Below, piece by piece: positions 48,481 to 60,350 of a stretch of DNA of 64,000 nt; position 1 is the stretch's first letter, and each line of letters opens with the position of its first letter. The stretch covers positions 2,762,453-2,826,452 of the forward strand of contig ML978122.1 in NCBI GenBank assembly GCA_010015805.1, given 5' to 3'. Position numbers and translations under genes: made by a program. The notes beneath the pieces were generated by a model. That model saw only the letters and a list, made by a program, of their open reading frames with translations, was not told the origin of the DNA and did not search any database. Source of the stretch: Rhizodiscina lignyota. Taxonomy: Eukaryota.

Positions 48481-50071
48481 ATGGATTTGGACGGACCAGT
48501 AGCATTTCAGCCAACGGCTTCAAATCCTGCAACGTACGCTATGATCGACTCTTTACTTGGCTCAATGCTAACTTCAACTTAGAATCCTCTGTTACAACTG
48601 CGGCGCACCGATAGACGGCACTTCCTCAGCTGGTGCATTATGTAGCGACTGCGTCAAGCTCGAAGTCGACATCTCACAAGGCATACAAAGAGAAGGAACG
48701 CTCCATATGTGCCGAGATTGCGATCGATGGCTGTCGCCTCCCAATCAATGGGTCGTTGCGCAACTGGAATCACGAGAACTGCTGGCGTTATGTCTCAGGA
48801 AACTGCGAGGGCTGAATAAAGTGCGAGTCATAGATGCGGGATTCCGGTGGACAGAGCCGCATTCAAGAAGGGTCAAAATCTACATCACTATCCAGCAGGA
48901 GGCGTTCCAAGGCACCATACTACAACATACCTTCGAGGTCGAGTTCGTCCAAGCCTACCAGCAATGTCCTGATTGCGCCAAATCCTATACGCACAATACC
49001 TGGCGTGCTGTCGTCCAAGTACGACAGAAGGTCCCCCACAAGCGTACATTCCTCTACCTCGAACAGCTCATCCTCAAGCACTCCGCGCACAAAGACGCTA
49101 TAAACATCAAGGAGGTGCATGATGGTATCGACTTCTTCTTTGGACAACGAAATCATGCTGAGAAGTTTGTCGACTTCCTTAGCTCCGTCGCGCCGGCCCA
49201 TGTCAAGAAGTCGCAGGAGCTGATATCGATGGACATCCACACATCCACCAAGTCATACAAATTCACCTACTCGGCGGAGATAGTACCGGTATGTAAGGAC
49301 GACCTTATCGCACTTCCAATCAAGCTTGCCAGAGCCCTTGGGAACATCGCCCCCCTCGTACTTTGTCACAGAGTCGGGACCGCTGTCAATTTCATAGACC
49401 CAGCAACACTTCAAACTACGGACCTTCAACCCAAGCAGTATTGGCACACGCCCTTCAGACCGCTCGCAGACGTCCAAGAGCTCGTCGAGTTCATAGTGCT
49501 GGACATCGAGCCTCTCGGCCCTGCAAAGGGACGTTTCGTACTGGCGGAAGCAACCATAGCTCGGGCAGCAGACCTGGGCGTTAATGATACAACGTACTAT
49601 GTGCGGACACATCTGGGCGGCGTGTTGCACCCAGGAGACTCAGTCATGGGATTCCATCTCACAGGCACCAACTTCAACAATCCTTTATTCGACGACCTAG
49701 AGAACCACAAGCAGTATTCCTCGCAGATCCCCGACGTCGTGCTAGTGAAGAAGTTCTACGCGCGGAAGAAGAAGAGCAAGACGCGAAACTGGCAGCTGCG
49801 GCGTATGGCGAGGGAGGAGGGCGATATGCTGCCGCGGAAGCAGGATCAGGATAGGACGGAGCGCGACTATGAGATGTTCTTGAGGGATGTGGAGGAGGAC
49901 GAGGACATGAGGCAGATGATGAGCGTGTACAAGGCGCAGAAGAAGGCGCAGAAGGAAGAGATGGAGGTGGATGGTGAGACTGAGGCTGGCAGTGAGGATG
50001 AAGGCATTCGAATACCGATGGAGCAGTTGCTGGATGATTTTGAGGGGATGGGAATTGAGGATGATAAGTAG
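48481..50071 (+). CDS. NMD3: 60S ribosomal export adapter Nmd3
   Basis: Short exon 1, intron ~48534-48581, then ILCYNCG..LCSDC..CRDCDRW, WTEPHSRR, CPDCAKSYT, AVVQVRQKVPHKRTFLYLEQLILKH, and a C-terminal NES-like MEQLLDDFEGMGI. Confidence 0.97.
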
Positions 50072-51947
50072 ATTTGCATTTGATACGGCTTTTACATGTG
50101 TCATGAGCACTCATGATGAGAATGAGGATATGTCTCAATGACCCAAGCGAATGAAAAATTCTCCTGAGTATTTCTCCGCACAGCATCGAAATTTGAAGAC
50201 ATGTGCCCAGGCGTGATCACTCGTATTTGAAAGACTTGGTACTATTCAGGGGCTGAGGGCTTACCATCCTTCAAGCCATTTCCCAGTTGTGGAAGATATG
50301 CGGTACTACTTTCACTCCAGAGCAATGGACATTTGCAGCCTTACTTCCTGAGGCACCCATTTCAGGCAATCCTGAGGCATAAAGGCTGGGACCGGTACGC
50401 TCGATTGAATTTCGTCTGTGCTCGGACTTCGCAATCCGCCCAAGAAGAGGATGTGGCTCTGTCTCCTCAGGCCACCAAGGGCGCAGACCCCAAACGTGAT
50501 CGTGGTCTAGTTTACGGAGCTTCATTTCGCATTTGCTTTGGAATCCGGTACTTCGTACAGCGAGCTGTATACCTAATCAAAAGAATACGCACGCTGAGGA
50601 CGGCCTGGCGATGACGGTTGCTGCGCCTCCTTCGCAGAGCATGGATACAGGAACATGAGTTTAGCGTGGAGATGCGACGGCTAGCATCTCGCATCCCGCG
50701 CGCAAAGTGAACGTGCGACTCCGCTCTCCTTTCCGCAGTCGGATAGGGAGCGATTGGTCGGAAGAAATATAGAGGACAGTGTGCGCGCAAATGTGCCGTA
50801 TATGTCCTAGGGAGAGGTTGTGGCTGGCGATGCCAACCAACTCGGCCGGGTTGAGACGACTGGGGCTTGACCGATCTGTCTCGCGCAATGTTCCTTATTC
50901 AGCTCTTGGAGTTTTCCTCAGCCCATGTAGCTGGCAGCTACTCCTGCCAGGTTTCCGTCGGTAACAGACGTCGTTGTGCTTCTCCGCCAGTATGCGCCCG
51001 GACATGTGCCACAATGTACAACCAAAGTACAAGTAGACTGTTTCAGAGGCGGCCAATGATGCCTCGCTGGAACAAGGTAACGCCCAGCTGTACAAGCCGC
51101 GGCCGAATGAGAACAAGCGACTGCAAGAAAGCCCAAGAGAATGACGGACCTACGACAAGCTTCCTCCATTGGTCTTATGCTGTCATACCAAGACCGCGCT
51201 GCATAATGTGAGCCCGCCATTCGTTTTGCAGAAAAAGCAGGAAATGCTGCCTGCCACGTCGCATGTTGGGTCGATGATGCGCTGCCTCTGTGAGCTCACA
51301 TAATGAAGGCGATCTGGCTCCCAGGCTGTGATATTCGCGCCATAGTAACAGTCGCCCATTGACCGTCTCATCGCTCTCGACAAGCCACATCGGTGTCGTC
51401 ACGTCACGAACACGCACGAAGGCGGGACGTGAAACTGAGGCGGTGCGCAGCCGGTGCCACCAGTGCAAGGAGACAACCGAAATTCGTGGCGCCAGTAATT
51501 GGCTCCTCTCGCCGATCCTCCAGCTTGTAGCCATCGCAAGGGGAAACTCAAATTTCTCTTCTTCAACCTCGCTGCTGCACTGCCCTCTAGGCTTCCAACA
51601 TTCCTGTGGCCACGGGCGAGTACCGGAATCCCCACCTTCATATATCTTTGTTCTTGCGCGGCTGCACAAGGCTGAAGAAGGTCCATCGAAAACAATAGGA
51701 CAACAACTTTGGCCCCCCCGGTCCCTTTTACGCGCCAATACATTCGAAACGACCGAGCCATTGACGTCGACGCGTTCGAACATTTCCAGAATTTCTGCAG
51801 AGGAACAACTCAGCGGCTTTCGAAACAAACTTCGGCGACTCAGCAAATAATATATCGCGTTGTTTGCGGTGTTGGTTGCTGTGACTGCCTCGCATTCTCC
51901 AACAATCCTCTGCGCTGCGCCCTACCTACTAGCAGCAACCTGACACG

Positions 51948-53984
51948 ATGCGTAAGTCTGCCTCCGCCCTGTTGCCTGACCTACTTAGTGTCCCATACGC
52001 CCGATTGCCTCGCCTTACCCCTCATTATTGCGCTATTTCGGGTGGTTCTATTGTGTTTACAGCTTCAATTAACTAACAATGGCGTTTATAGACAAGTTTC
52101 GCTCCGCAGCGCGGCACGGTGCCTGGAAACAAGATGGGACTAATTTCAACCCATTCGCTAGAATACCCTCAAGACCGCAGAGAGCAGAAGGAGACGTGGA
52201 GCAGAATTTAGTACCCGATACGGCCTCGACACATTCGGAGAATTGTGCGCGAGATATTGAGGGACTGGACGCACCGAATCCTGGCCCGAAGAGAAGTGAG
52301 ACCGCACCGTCAAGCTCAGAGCCCACTTCGGCAGCAACACAACATCCTCCCGTTAACGCACTATCGGATTCCAGGGGCACAGATACCGAGAAGGGCGAAA
52401 ACGGCGCGCCATTAGAGAATGAGAAGACTGCTGTCGATGAGGGTGGGCCGAGGCAGAGAAAGAGACTTGGACAGATGGCGTCGTTCCAGGCGTTTGGCAA
52501 GAGGAGAAAGGATGACCTTGACAAAACCGAATCCGAGGATGAGAGCAAGAAGAGACTGCGCAAGAAGATTCCTATCAGAACGCAATTGAAAGCGGTGCTC
52601 TATCCACAATGGCTGACCATCAACTGGCTTCTGGTTCTTGTTCCCATCGGTATTGCCGTAGCGCAGGTCGACAGCATACCTGCGATCGCTGTCTTCGTCA
52701 TCAACTTCCTGGCCATTGTTCCGTTGGCTGGAATTCTTAGCTATGCGACCGAGGAGATTGCGATGCGTGTCGGCGAGACCCTCGGTGGTCTCCTCAATGC
52801 GTCTTTTGGGTAAGTTGATCGTCGTTTCATTATTATAGCGAGCTATTATTGACTAATTCAAACAGTAATGCCGTCGAACTGATTGTTGGCATCATCGCCC
52901 TGGTCAAGAATGAGGTCATCATTGTCCAGACTTCTCTCATTGGCAGCATGCTATCCAACCTTTTGCTCGTCATGGGCATGTGCTTCTTCTTCGGCGGTAT
53001 GAACCGCCTGGAGCAGAACTTCAACGTCATTGTCGCGCAGACAGCAGCTTCTCTCCTTGCCCTGGCGTTTGGCTGTCTCATCATCCCCACCGCCTTCACG
53101 TGGGGCGTGGGCGGCTCGTCAAAGACCAACTCGGATGAAAAGATCTCCAGAGGAACGGCGATTATCATGCTTATCGTTTACATTTCCTATCTCATCTTCC
53201 AGCTCAAGACCCACAAGGAGATCTACAACACCCCCAGCGAGAAGGTCGAGAAGCGCAAGGGCACGAACAAAGACGAGGGCGAGAGCATTCAAGCACTCAT
53301 GCGCGCGGGCGCTGGCCAAGCCGCTATTATTGGAGGCTCGATCAATCGCGAGAATCTTGTTCATCCCGTTGAAGAGGACGAAGAGGACCCGCAGCTGAGC
53401 CTCGTCGGCGCCATGGTCACTCTCGCTGGCAGCACAGCGCTTGTCGGAGTTTGCGCAGAGTTCCTCGTCGACAGCATTAACAAAGTCACTTGCCAGTATC
53501 ACGTCTCGCAGTATTTCGTCGGTCTCATTCTCCTGCCGATCGTCGGTAATGCCGCCGAGCATGCTACCGCGGTCACTGTAGGTAAGTTTTTAAATCCAAC
53601 TCAACCAATCATGACATAAAGCTGACAGCCCAAAATCCTGCAAGGATAAGATGGACCTAGCGATAGGCGTAGCAGTCGGCAGTTCCATGCAAATTGCGCT
53701 CTTCGTACTCCCACTGATGATCGTCCTCGCCTGGATCATTGGCGGCAGAGATCTCACGCTCGTCTTTGACGATTTCCAGATTGCTGTCCTGTTTGTTGCC
53801 GTACTTCTGGTGAGTGACAGAATGAGCCGGTGGCTCGTACAGATACTCACCTCAACAGGTCAACTATCTGATATCTGACGGGAAATCCCACTGGATGGAG
53901 GGCGTGTTGCTCATGTCTCTCTACATTATTATCGCGACGTGTTCGTGGTTCTATCCTACCCCCGCGGACGAGAACCAGTGCTGA
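51948..53984 (+). CDS. Vacuolar Ca2+/H+ exchanger, Vcx1/CAX family
   Basis: Alpha repeats GGLLNASFGNAVE / GSMLSNLLLVMG and GNAAEH / AIGVAVGSSMQIA, plus SDGKSHWMEG. Preferred start is the 4-nt exon ATGC (51948-51951) + intron 51952-52091; the alternative start is ATG 52079. Further introns ~52810-52865, 53582-53636 (non-canonical) and 53810-53858. Confidence 0.92.
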
Positions 53985-55669
53985 GCGCGCTCACTCTGTC
54001 TCCAAACACCGAGCTCCACGCTCAGGGAGTATCGCCAATCGAGAATGGCGAAAAAGTGTGGGCCATCATTCCAACATCTTGCACTGTTGAGATGTGTGGT
54101 GTCTTCACTCCATACAGATTATAATTATTCAGGCTGTGCTTTCTCTATCAACAGGGCTTGGGGAACATCAAGGCCAGCTTTCTAAGATGCCCCAGCTAGT
54201 GTTTAAGGAAAGCAAGACTCATTATTCTGCACTCGCTTCGACCAATTACTGAGCGGCAGATTCTGATTAGAAGCACCAAGGTTACAAGAGATACCCAAAA
54301 TCGGCGTTTGAATTGAACAAGCAGGGGAAATGAGCAAACACAGGCTGTCGTTACTGCACTCATCAGGTGTGATATGGCGTTTTTATGAGTTTTCGGACAG
54401 CCATACCATGGTGTTTCGGTCTATTCGATTTCACGGCTGGCTTTCTCCTTTGTAAAATTTCGGATCGAGACTTTGCATTCTGAGGCGACTCAACGTGTAC
54501 ATATGGCGATGGTCCTCTTTGTAATCTTTATATTTTGTCTTCAGACAGAGTGTCTCGGATTGTTATGCATGCCGGTGACAATGAAATGGTCGATGAAGAG
54601 ATTGAGTTGGACAGTAATCAGGTGAGTCAATGTTTAGAAGATGCTTATATTCGTAAGCTAACGCCTAATTTCATGGAGCTCATCACCCTTCACCACGGGG
54701 ATCTTTGTTAAAATGCCATGCATCGAGCAGAACCCCGTGAGCGTAGAATGCGCGCTGCACTCTCGATCCCACAATTGAAATCCAACTGCACATGTGAAGA
54801 TTGGATGGCATTTAGCATTAGGTGTATCAATTTCTCATTCCGCAAAGAGTTTTAGACTGGACGTTGCCGTAGAGCTCGCGCAAGATCATGCTCTGTCGAG
54901 ACAACTCCTACAAGACTCTGTATAAGCCAAAGTTTGTCTCGATGCGAACTTCGATCCTAGCGACTTTGAGATAAGCATTCACTTCATCGCAGAGACGGAA
55001 CTTAAAATGATTCGCACCTTGACCTCTCGTTCTCACTGGTTCAAGCTCAAACTTCCCCATTTCCATTCACTGCCTCTTCAGATTCTTCCGCCGCAAGATC
55101 CTATGAGATCTTATTAGCTTTTCGGTCTTTCTTCCGATCCATCTTATTTGCGCCTACATAAAGCTCTACAACCAGCTTCGATCCATCTTTCCTCAATAAA
55201 CTCTTTTGCATCAATCTCCTTGACAACTTCATCTCGTCCCTTAACTTGCTGTCGTGCAAAGACGGACTTGGTCCTATCACGGCAATCCAAATCAATCATC
55301 AACATCACTCGAACATTCATCAGCGACTGCAATTCACCTCAAAACCCAAGAACTTCCAACTTCAAATCAAGGTATGTAGCAGTCATGTGCATACCACAAA
55401 CCTTTCAAATTGCACAACATCTTTCGTGCCTTCCTCAATCAAGAGCAACGTTTCTCACCGCCGGATCAATATCGGATCAACGCCCAAGCATTGCCTATGT
55501 ATATATATCCCCCTACCCTTCCCTATTTCCTTCCACCAAACATCTACCAAGCATCTATCTTTTGCCTGGCAATCCTTCCTTCTTCTCTTCTTCCTTCTAC
55601 TGCCCTTCCATTCCAACCCATCTAACACTATCACAGCACTAAGTCATTGATACATCTTCGAGCAGCAAG

Positions 55670-58600
55670 ATGCCGCCCTCTCAGGAGCCCGGCCCTTCTG
55701 CAGAGGATGACATCCATTCTCAAGCTCCCGACGTCAATATGGGTGGCAATGATAACGAGCACGATCACTCGCTCATCGTTGATTCACACACTGATGTCCA
55801 GATGACGAATGCTGAAGGTGGCGACTTGCCGCGCAGCATGGCGAATTCAAACTTGCAGGACAACCCGACCGACAATGGCATTGTTCCAGAGAGTGGTGAA
55901 ACAGCCGAAAAGAGCAGTGCTCCTTTGAGCACGATGGGAAACTCTGATGATACAGCAATCAATGTCGAGACCTTCATCAAGTCTGAACCAGCCGAACCCG
56001 ATAGACGTGTCTTCGACTTCACTCCATTCATCATGTACCCCAACACCATTGACACACCGATTGTACTTGACGAGGACGACGATGTTCCAATGGCCGAAAC
56101 TGCAGCACCGCAGGAGAGCTCCTCCACAGAAGTCATTCCTAATGCTGAGCCAGACACCAACGTCGAACCGCATGTCTTCAACCTTGGCAAGTCAATCCTT
56201 CGACCTTCTAGCAAGCCCAAAGAGGGCGCATCCAAAGATGACACGCCTAAGGATGATATGCGCAGCAAACTCAGGGAAGCTCAGCGCATGATGGCCAAGA
56301 AGCTCGAAGCTAAGCGGGCTGCTGAGGCCCAAAAGGCTACAAGCGCATTGAACGACACCGAAGAAGACATGGGAAATGGCATGAATGAGGCAGAAGTGGA
56401 CCATAAACGACTCTGCAAACTGTGGAAGAAGAAGGAGAAAGCCTACAAAAAGAAGGAAGAGAAGGGCTTGACGACCTTTGATGAGGAGATTGATTTCATG
56501 AAGGCCCAGAAGGAGGAGAATACTCGAGTCCGTCGCTTCGAAGAAGATCGTGAGAGAGCAGACGAAGAGCGCCAAAATCAGTCTCGCGAGAGTTCGGATG
56601 ACGAGATATTTGTCGGTCCTTCCAGAGTGGCCGGAGTCAGACGCTCCTTTAACGCTACGATTGCTTCTGATGACGATAATGACGGCTATGTCGATAATGA
56701 AGACGACGTCCTTGAACGCAAGCGGCAGCGTGTGCAGGAGCAACTCCGGAAACCAACCAGAATCCCGCGACTTGTGGAAGCAGAAGCTCTGTCAGCTTTG
56801 CTAGACGACGAACGCGGTGAGCCAGCGGAGTCTTCAAAGAAGGGTAAGAAGAACACATCACCGAGAAAGAGCAAGGCGAAAGGCAACGATGATCCGGATC
56901 CTTCAAATGCCAAGAGCAACTCCAAGAAAAACGCATCTACCACTGCAGCGAAGGGCAAGAAGAAGCAGGGCCGTACGCAGAAAGACAAGCCGGACAATCC
57001 GCAAAGCAATCCGCTTGGAAATGTCGAGTCTCTGCTGACCTCGAACATCTTCCGCGACGCCGAAGGCAATGAGAATCTTGAAGCCCAGCCTACTTTCACA
57101 TCGGGTACCAGGGACAAGGCGCTGAGAGAGTTGCTCGCCGGCCTGTCGAAAGAGGAGCGCAAGACCGCAAACGTGGACAAAGCATACTTGCAGGCTGCTT
57201 GCAAAGACTTCGTCGGTCAGCGTTCTGTCATGGCGATTGGCCATGACAAGAATCCCGACGGAGAGACAGGCTGGCAGGTCAGAGGAATGACATGTGTCCT
57301 CAAACATTACCAACTGCTTGGTGCCGCCTTTATGAGGCGCCGAGAGCGTGGTGACGACCAACCACCTGGGGGATTGTGCGCGGACCAGATGGGCTTGGGA
57401 AGTGAGTTTACCAGTATTATACACATTCTCGATTTTCAGCATGGCTAACTCCTACACAGAGACGATAATGATGCTCGCCAACATAGTCAATGGCCGTGTC
57501 CCACCCAAGAGCAAGGAGCCCAGAACTACTCTAATCGTAGCTACTCCAGCACTCATCAACCAGTGGGGCGAGGAGATTGCCAGACACTGCAACATGAAGG
57601 GCTTTGAGGTAAGTAATATCTTGTCCAGCACATTGAGTCTGTTGAAATTTCACTAAGTCATTTAATAGGTTATTAAATATTGCGCTGGACACAAGATCAA
57701 CAGTACGAACATAACGACGATCCTCGAAACGTTTGACATCGTTCTTACCACCTATTACGAGGTGATGAGAAGCTGGCCAAAAGTTGAATACCCGGCACAC
57801 ATCATGACTGCGGAAGCCAAGGCGGAGTATAAGCGCGAGTATATCATGGAAAACAAAGGCCCTCTGCACCAGATCCACTTCCAGCGCATAGTGCTTGATG
57901 AGGCGCAAGCAATTAAGAACCGGCAGTCTCGAACCTTCCTCGCCTGTAAAGGACTTATGGCCAAGCATCGGTGGGTCATCAGCGGTACGCCTCTGCAGAA
58001 CTCCGTGGAGGAGATCTATCCGTACTTCAAGTTCCTGCGCGTACCCCACTCAGGCAGCTATCGGGTCTTTAAGCAGAACTTCCTCGGAGACGACGATCCG
58101 GACAAGCAGGCACGTCTGCAGCAATTTCTGAGCAAGGTGCTCCTTCGGCGCACGCACACCGACCGTCTGTTCGGCCGCCCACTTGTCAAGTTGCCGGCAG
58201 CCTCTAACAAAATCCATTGGATCAAGTTCAACGACCTGGAGCGAAATGTCTATGAAATTGTCAGACGACGTATGATTCAGCGGATCAACACATATTCGAA
58301 GAATGATGAGCTGGAGAAGAAGTATCACAATGTGTTGGTGATGCTGCTGAGGCTGAGACAGTTGACTGGACACATCATCTCTATTGAGGAAGTGTTGCGC
58401 GATTTACTTGGTAAGTTATCCTAAGCTACAAATATGAGATAATCATGCTAACCTGCTCCACTCATTTAAATAGAGTTCGAGGACCATGAGCGCCTCAAAG
58501 AGCTGGCTGAGGAATACGTAAACCCGAACACGGCCAAAGACCATAGAGAACAGATCGAGCACCTGCGCCACGTGCTTAAAAAGCAGGATATGATAGAGCA

Positions 58601-59928
58601 GCGCAAGAAGGAAGGCGAAATTCCGGATCCCGATGAAGAGGAACCTTCCCGAGGCGAGCCAAGTGGAACTGCTACGCCCGGCACTCGAGCAGATTCGGTG
58701 TTCACACGCGGTACGAGTGTGTTCGGAGGTCAGCGAATCAGCACTGGACATACGCATGGCCTTACGTACGATTTCACCAAGTACCTGGCAACGCTTCGAT
58801 ATGGCGATACATGGGAGAGACTCAAGACTCGCCAGTCATGCGCTATATGCGATCAACCCCCGGTGACGCCGTGGATCACATCATGCTTTCACATCATGTG
58901 CGCGGATTGCCTCGAAATCCTTCAAACATCGGCAGCGGAGAGGGACATGTCACACGCACGCTGCCCGGACTGTGGCGATATGTTCTACATGGCGAGCCCT
59001 CTTACGGACTGGAGCTTCGACCTTCCGGACGGTGAGGAAGAGGATGGACCGAAGAAAAAGAAGAAGAGAGGTAAGAAAGATGACGGAGGCGAGAAAGGCG
59101 TACCTAGCTGGCTCAATATGCCGAACCAATACCTCCTACCGAGTTCAAAGACAGTTGCAATCAAGGTAAGTTTCCGCGAGAACTGCGACTTAGCGATATA
59201 CAGCTAACTGACTTCTATCTAGGCGCAGATTCTGAACTGGCTTGAAGAGGATCCCGGCACCAAGGTGATTGTCTACTCCCAATTTCTCAGTATGATCCGC
59301 ATCCTCTCTCGTGTATGCATGCAGGAGAAGTGGGGCTACCAGGAGGTAAAATATCATCAACGCTCAACACTAAGGTGTAAATTAGCTGACCAGCTCCAGT
59401 ACCATGGTGAAATGACCATTACAGAGCGTGAAGCTGCAATCAAGAATTTCAAGGAAGAAGATGGAACCAAGGTCTTGATTGCCTCCTTGAGGGCAGGAGG
59501 AGTCGGTCTCAACCTCACGATGGCTAGCAAAGTCATCGTAGTCGATCCATGGTGGAATCTCGCTGTTGAAGAGCAAGCCTTTGCCCGAGTCTTCCGCATC
59601 GGCCAGAAATCTGAGACAGCGATGACACGCTTCGTAGTGGAGAACACCGTCGACGAAGCCATGACGAACATGCAGCGGCGCAAGAAGAATGATATTGACG
59701 AGGTCATGGAGGATGGATCTGGCGGTCGCCGCAAGTAAGTAACGCCCGTTCGAGTATTGTTGGGAGCACATTCTGACATAGAATAGGTTGAGTACAAAGG
59801 AGCTCCTGTCGCTGTTCGGGCCCGTACGTGAGGATGATAACGGTAAGCCGTTTGTGCTTGTTGAAGACAAGGAGCTGGAGCCGGACTTTGATCCCGACGA
59901 TGACGAGGAAGACGGTGACGACGAGTGA
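55670..59928 (+). CDS. SNF2-family helicase with an inserted RING finger (Rad5/Rad16/Uls1 group)
   Basis: GGLCADQMGLG-KT across an intron, TLIVATPAL, IVLDEAQAIKN, SGTPLQN, LLRLRQ, RING CAIC..SCFHIMCADC..CPDC, ASLRAGGVGLNL, DPWWN and QAFARVFRIGQ. Several GT-AG introns; long charged N-terminus. Confidence 0.92.
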
Positions 59929-59973
59929 AATTGGTGAATTGCTTGGATTGAAGGCGTTTGGATGGGGTTGGAA

Positions 59974-60333
59974 AAATGGGTTCAATAATGAACGGGATCC
60001 ACTCGACGGGTTTGGGACTTAGGATTTTTTACGACTTATGACACAACGGGGACTTGGGCATTCTGACTTGGAGTTATTGGAAAAGTGGCGTTCCGGAAAA
60101 ACTATGTACACTATGATGACAGCATGAATATCACAAGAGTATATCTTAATTTCAAACTAAGCTTCAGAAATAGGTTCAACAATAACCAGGATCCACTTGA
60201 TGGCCTTGGAACTTAAGGGTTTAAATAGATTCAACAATAACCAGGATCCACTGGACGGCCTTGGAACTTAGGGTTTCTTACGACTCACAATATAACTGGG
60301 ACTTAGACACTCGACGGCCTTGGGACGTAGGAT
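59974..60333. repeat. Degenerate ~55-bp repeat family (about 4 copies) between convergent 3' ends
   Basis: AAATAG(G/A)TTCAACAATAACCAGGATCCACT(T/G)GA(T/C)GGCCTTGGAACTTA(A)GGGTTT at 60168 and 60223, a diverged copy at ~59974 and a partial copy at ~60308. Confidence 0.85.
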
Positions 60334-60350
60334 GATCATACATAAACGCG

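Noticed and set aside
50271..51850. ORFs up to 223 aa between NMD3 and the exchanger
   Set aside because: Arg/Cys/Trp-rich random-like translations on both strands; more consistent with promoter/5' UTR sequence.
60168..60280. 55-bp repeats considered as a CRISPR-like array
   Set aside because: Eukaryotic context, no unique spacers of constant length and no cas genes; a simple tandem duplication.
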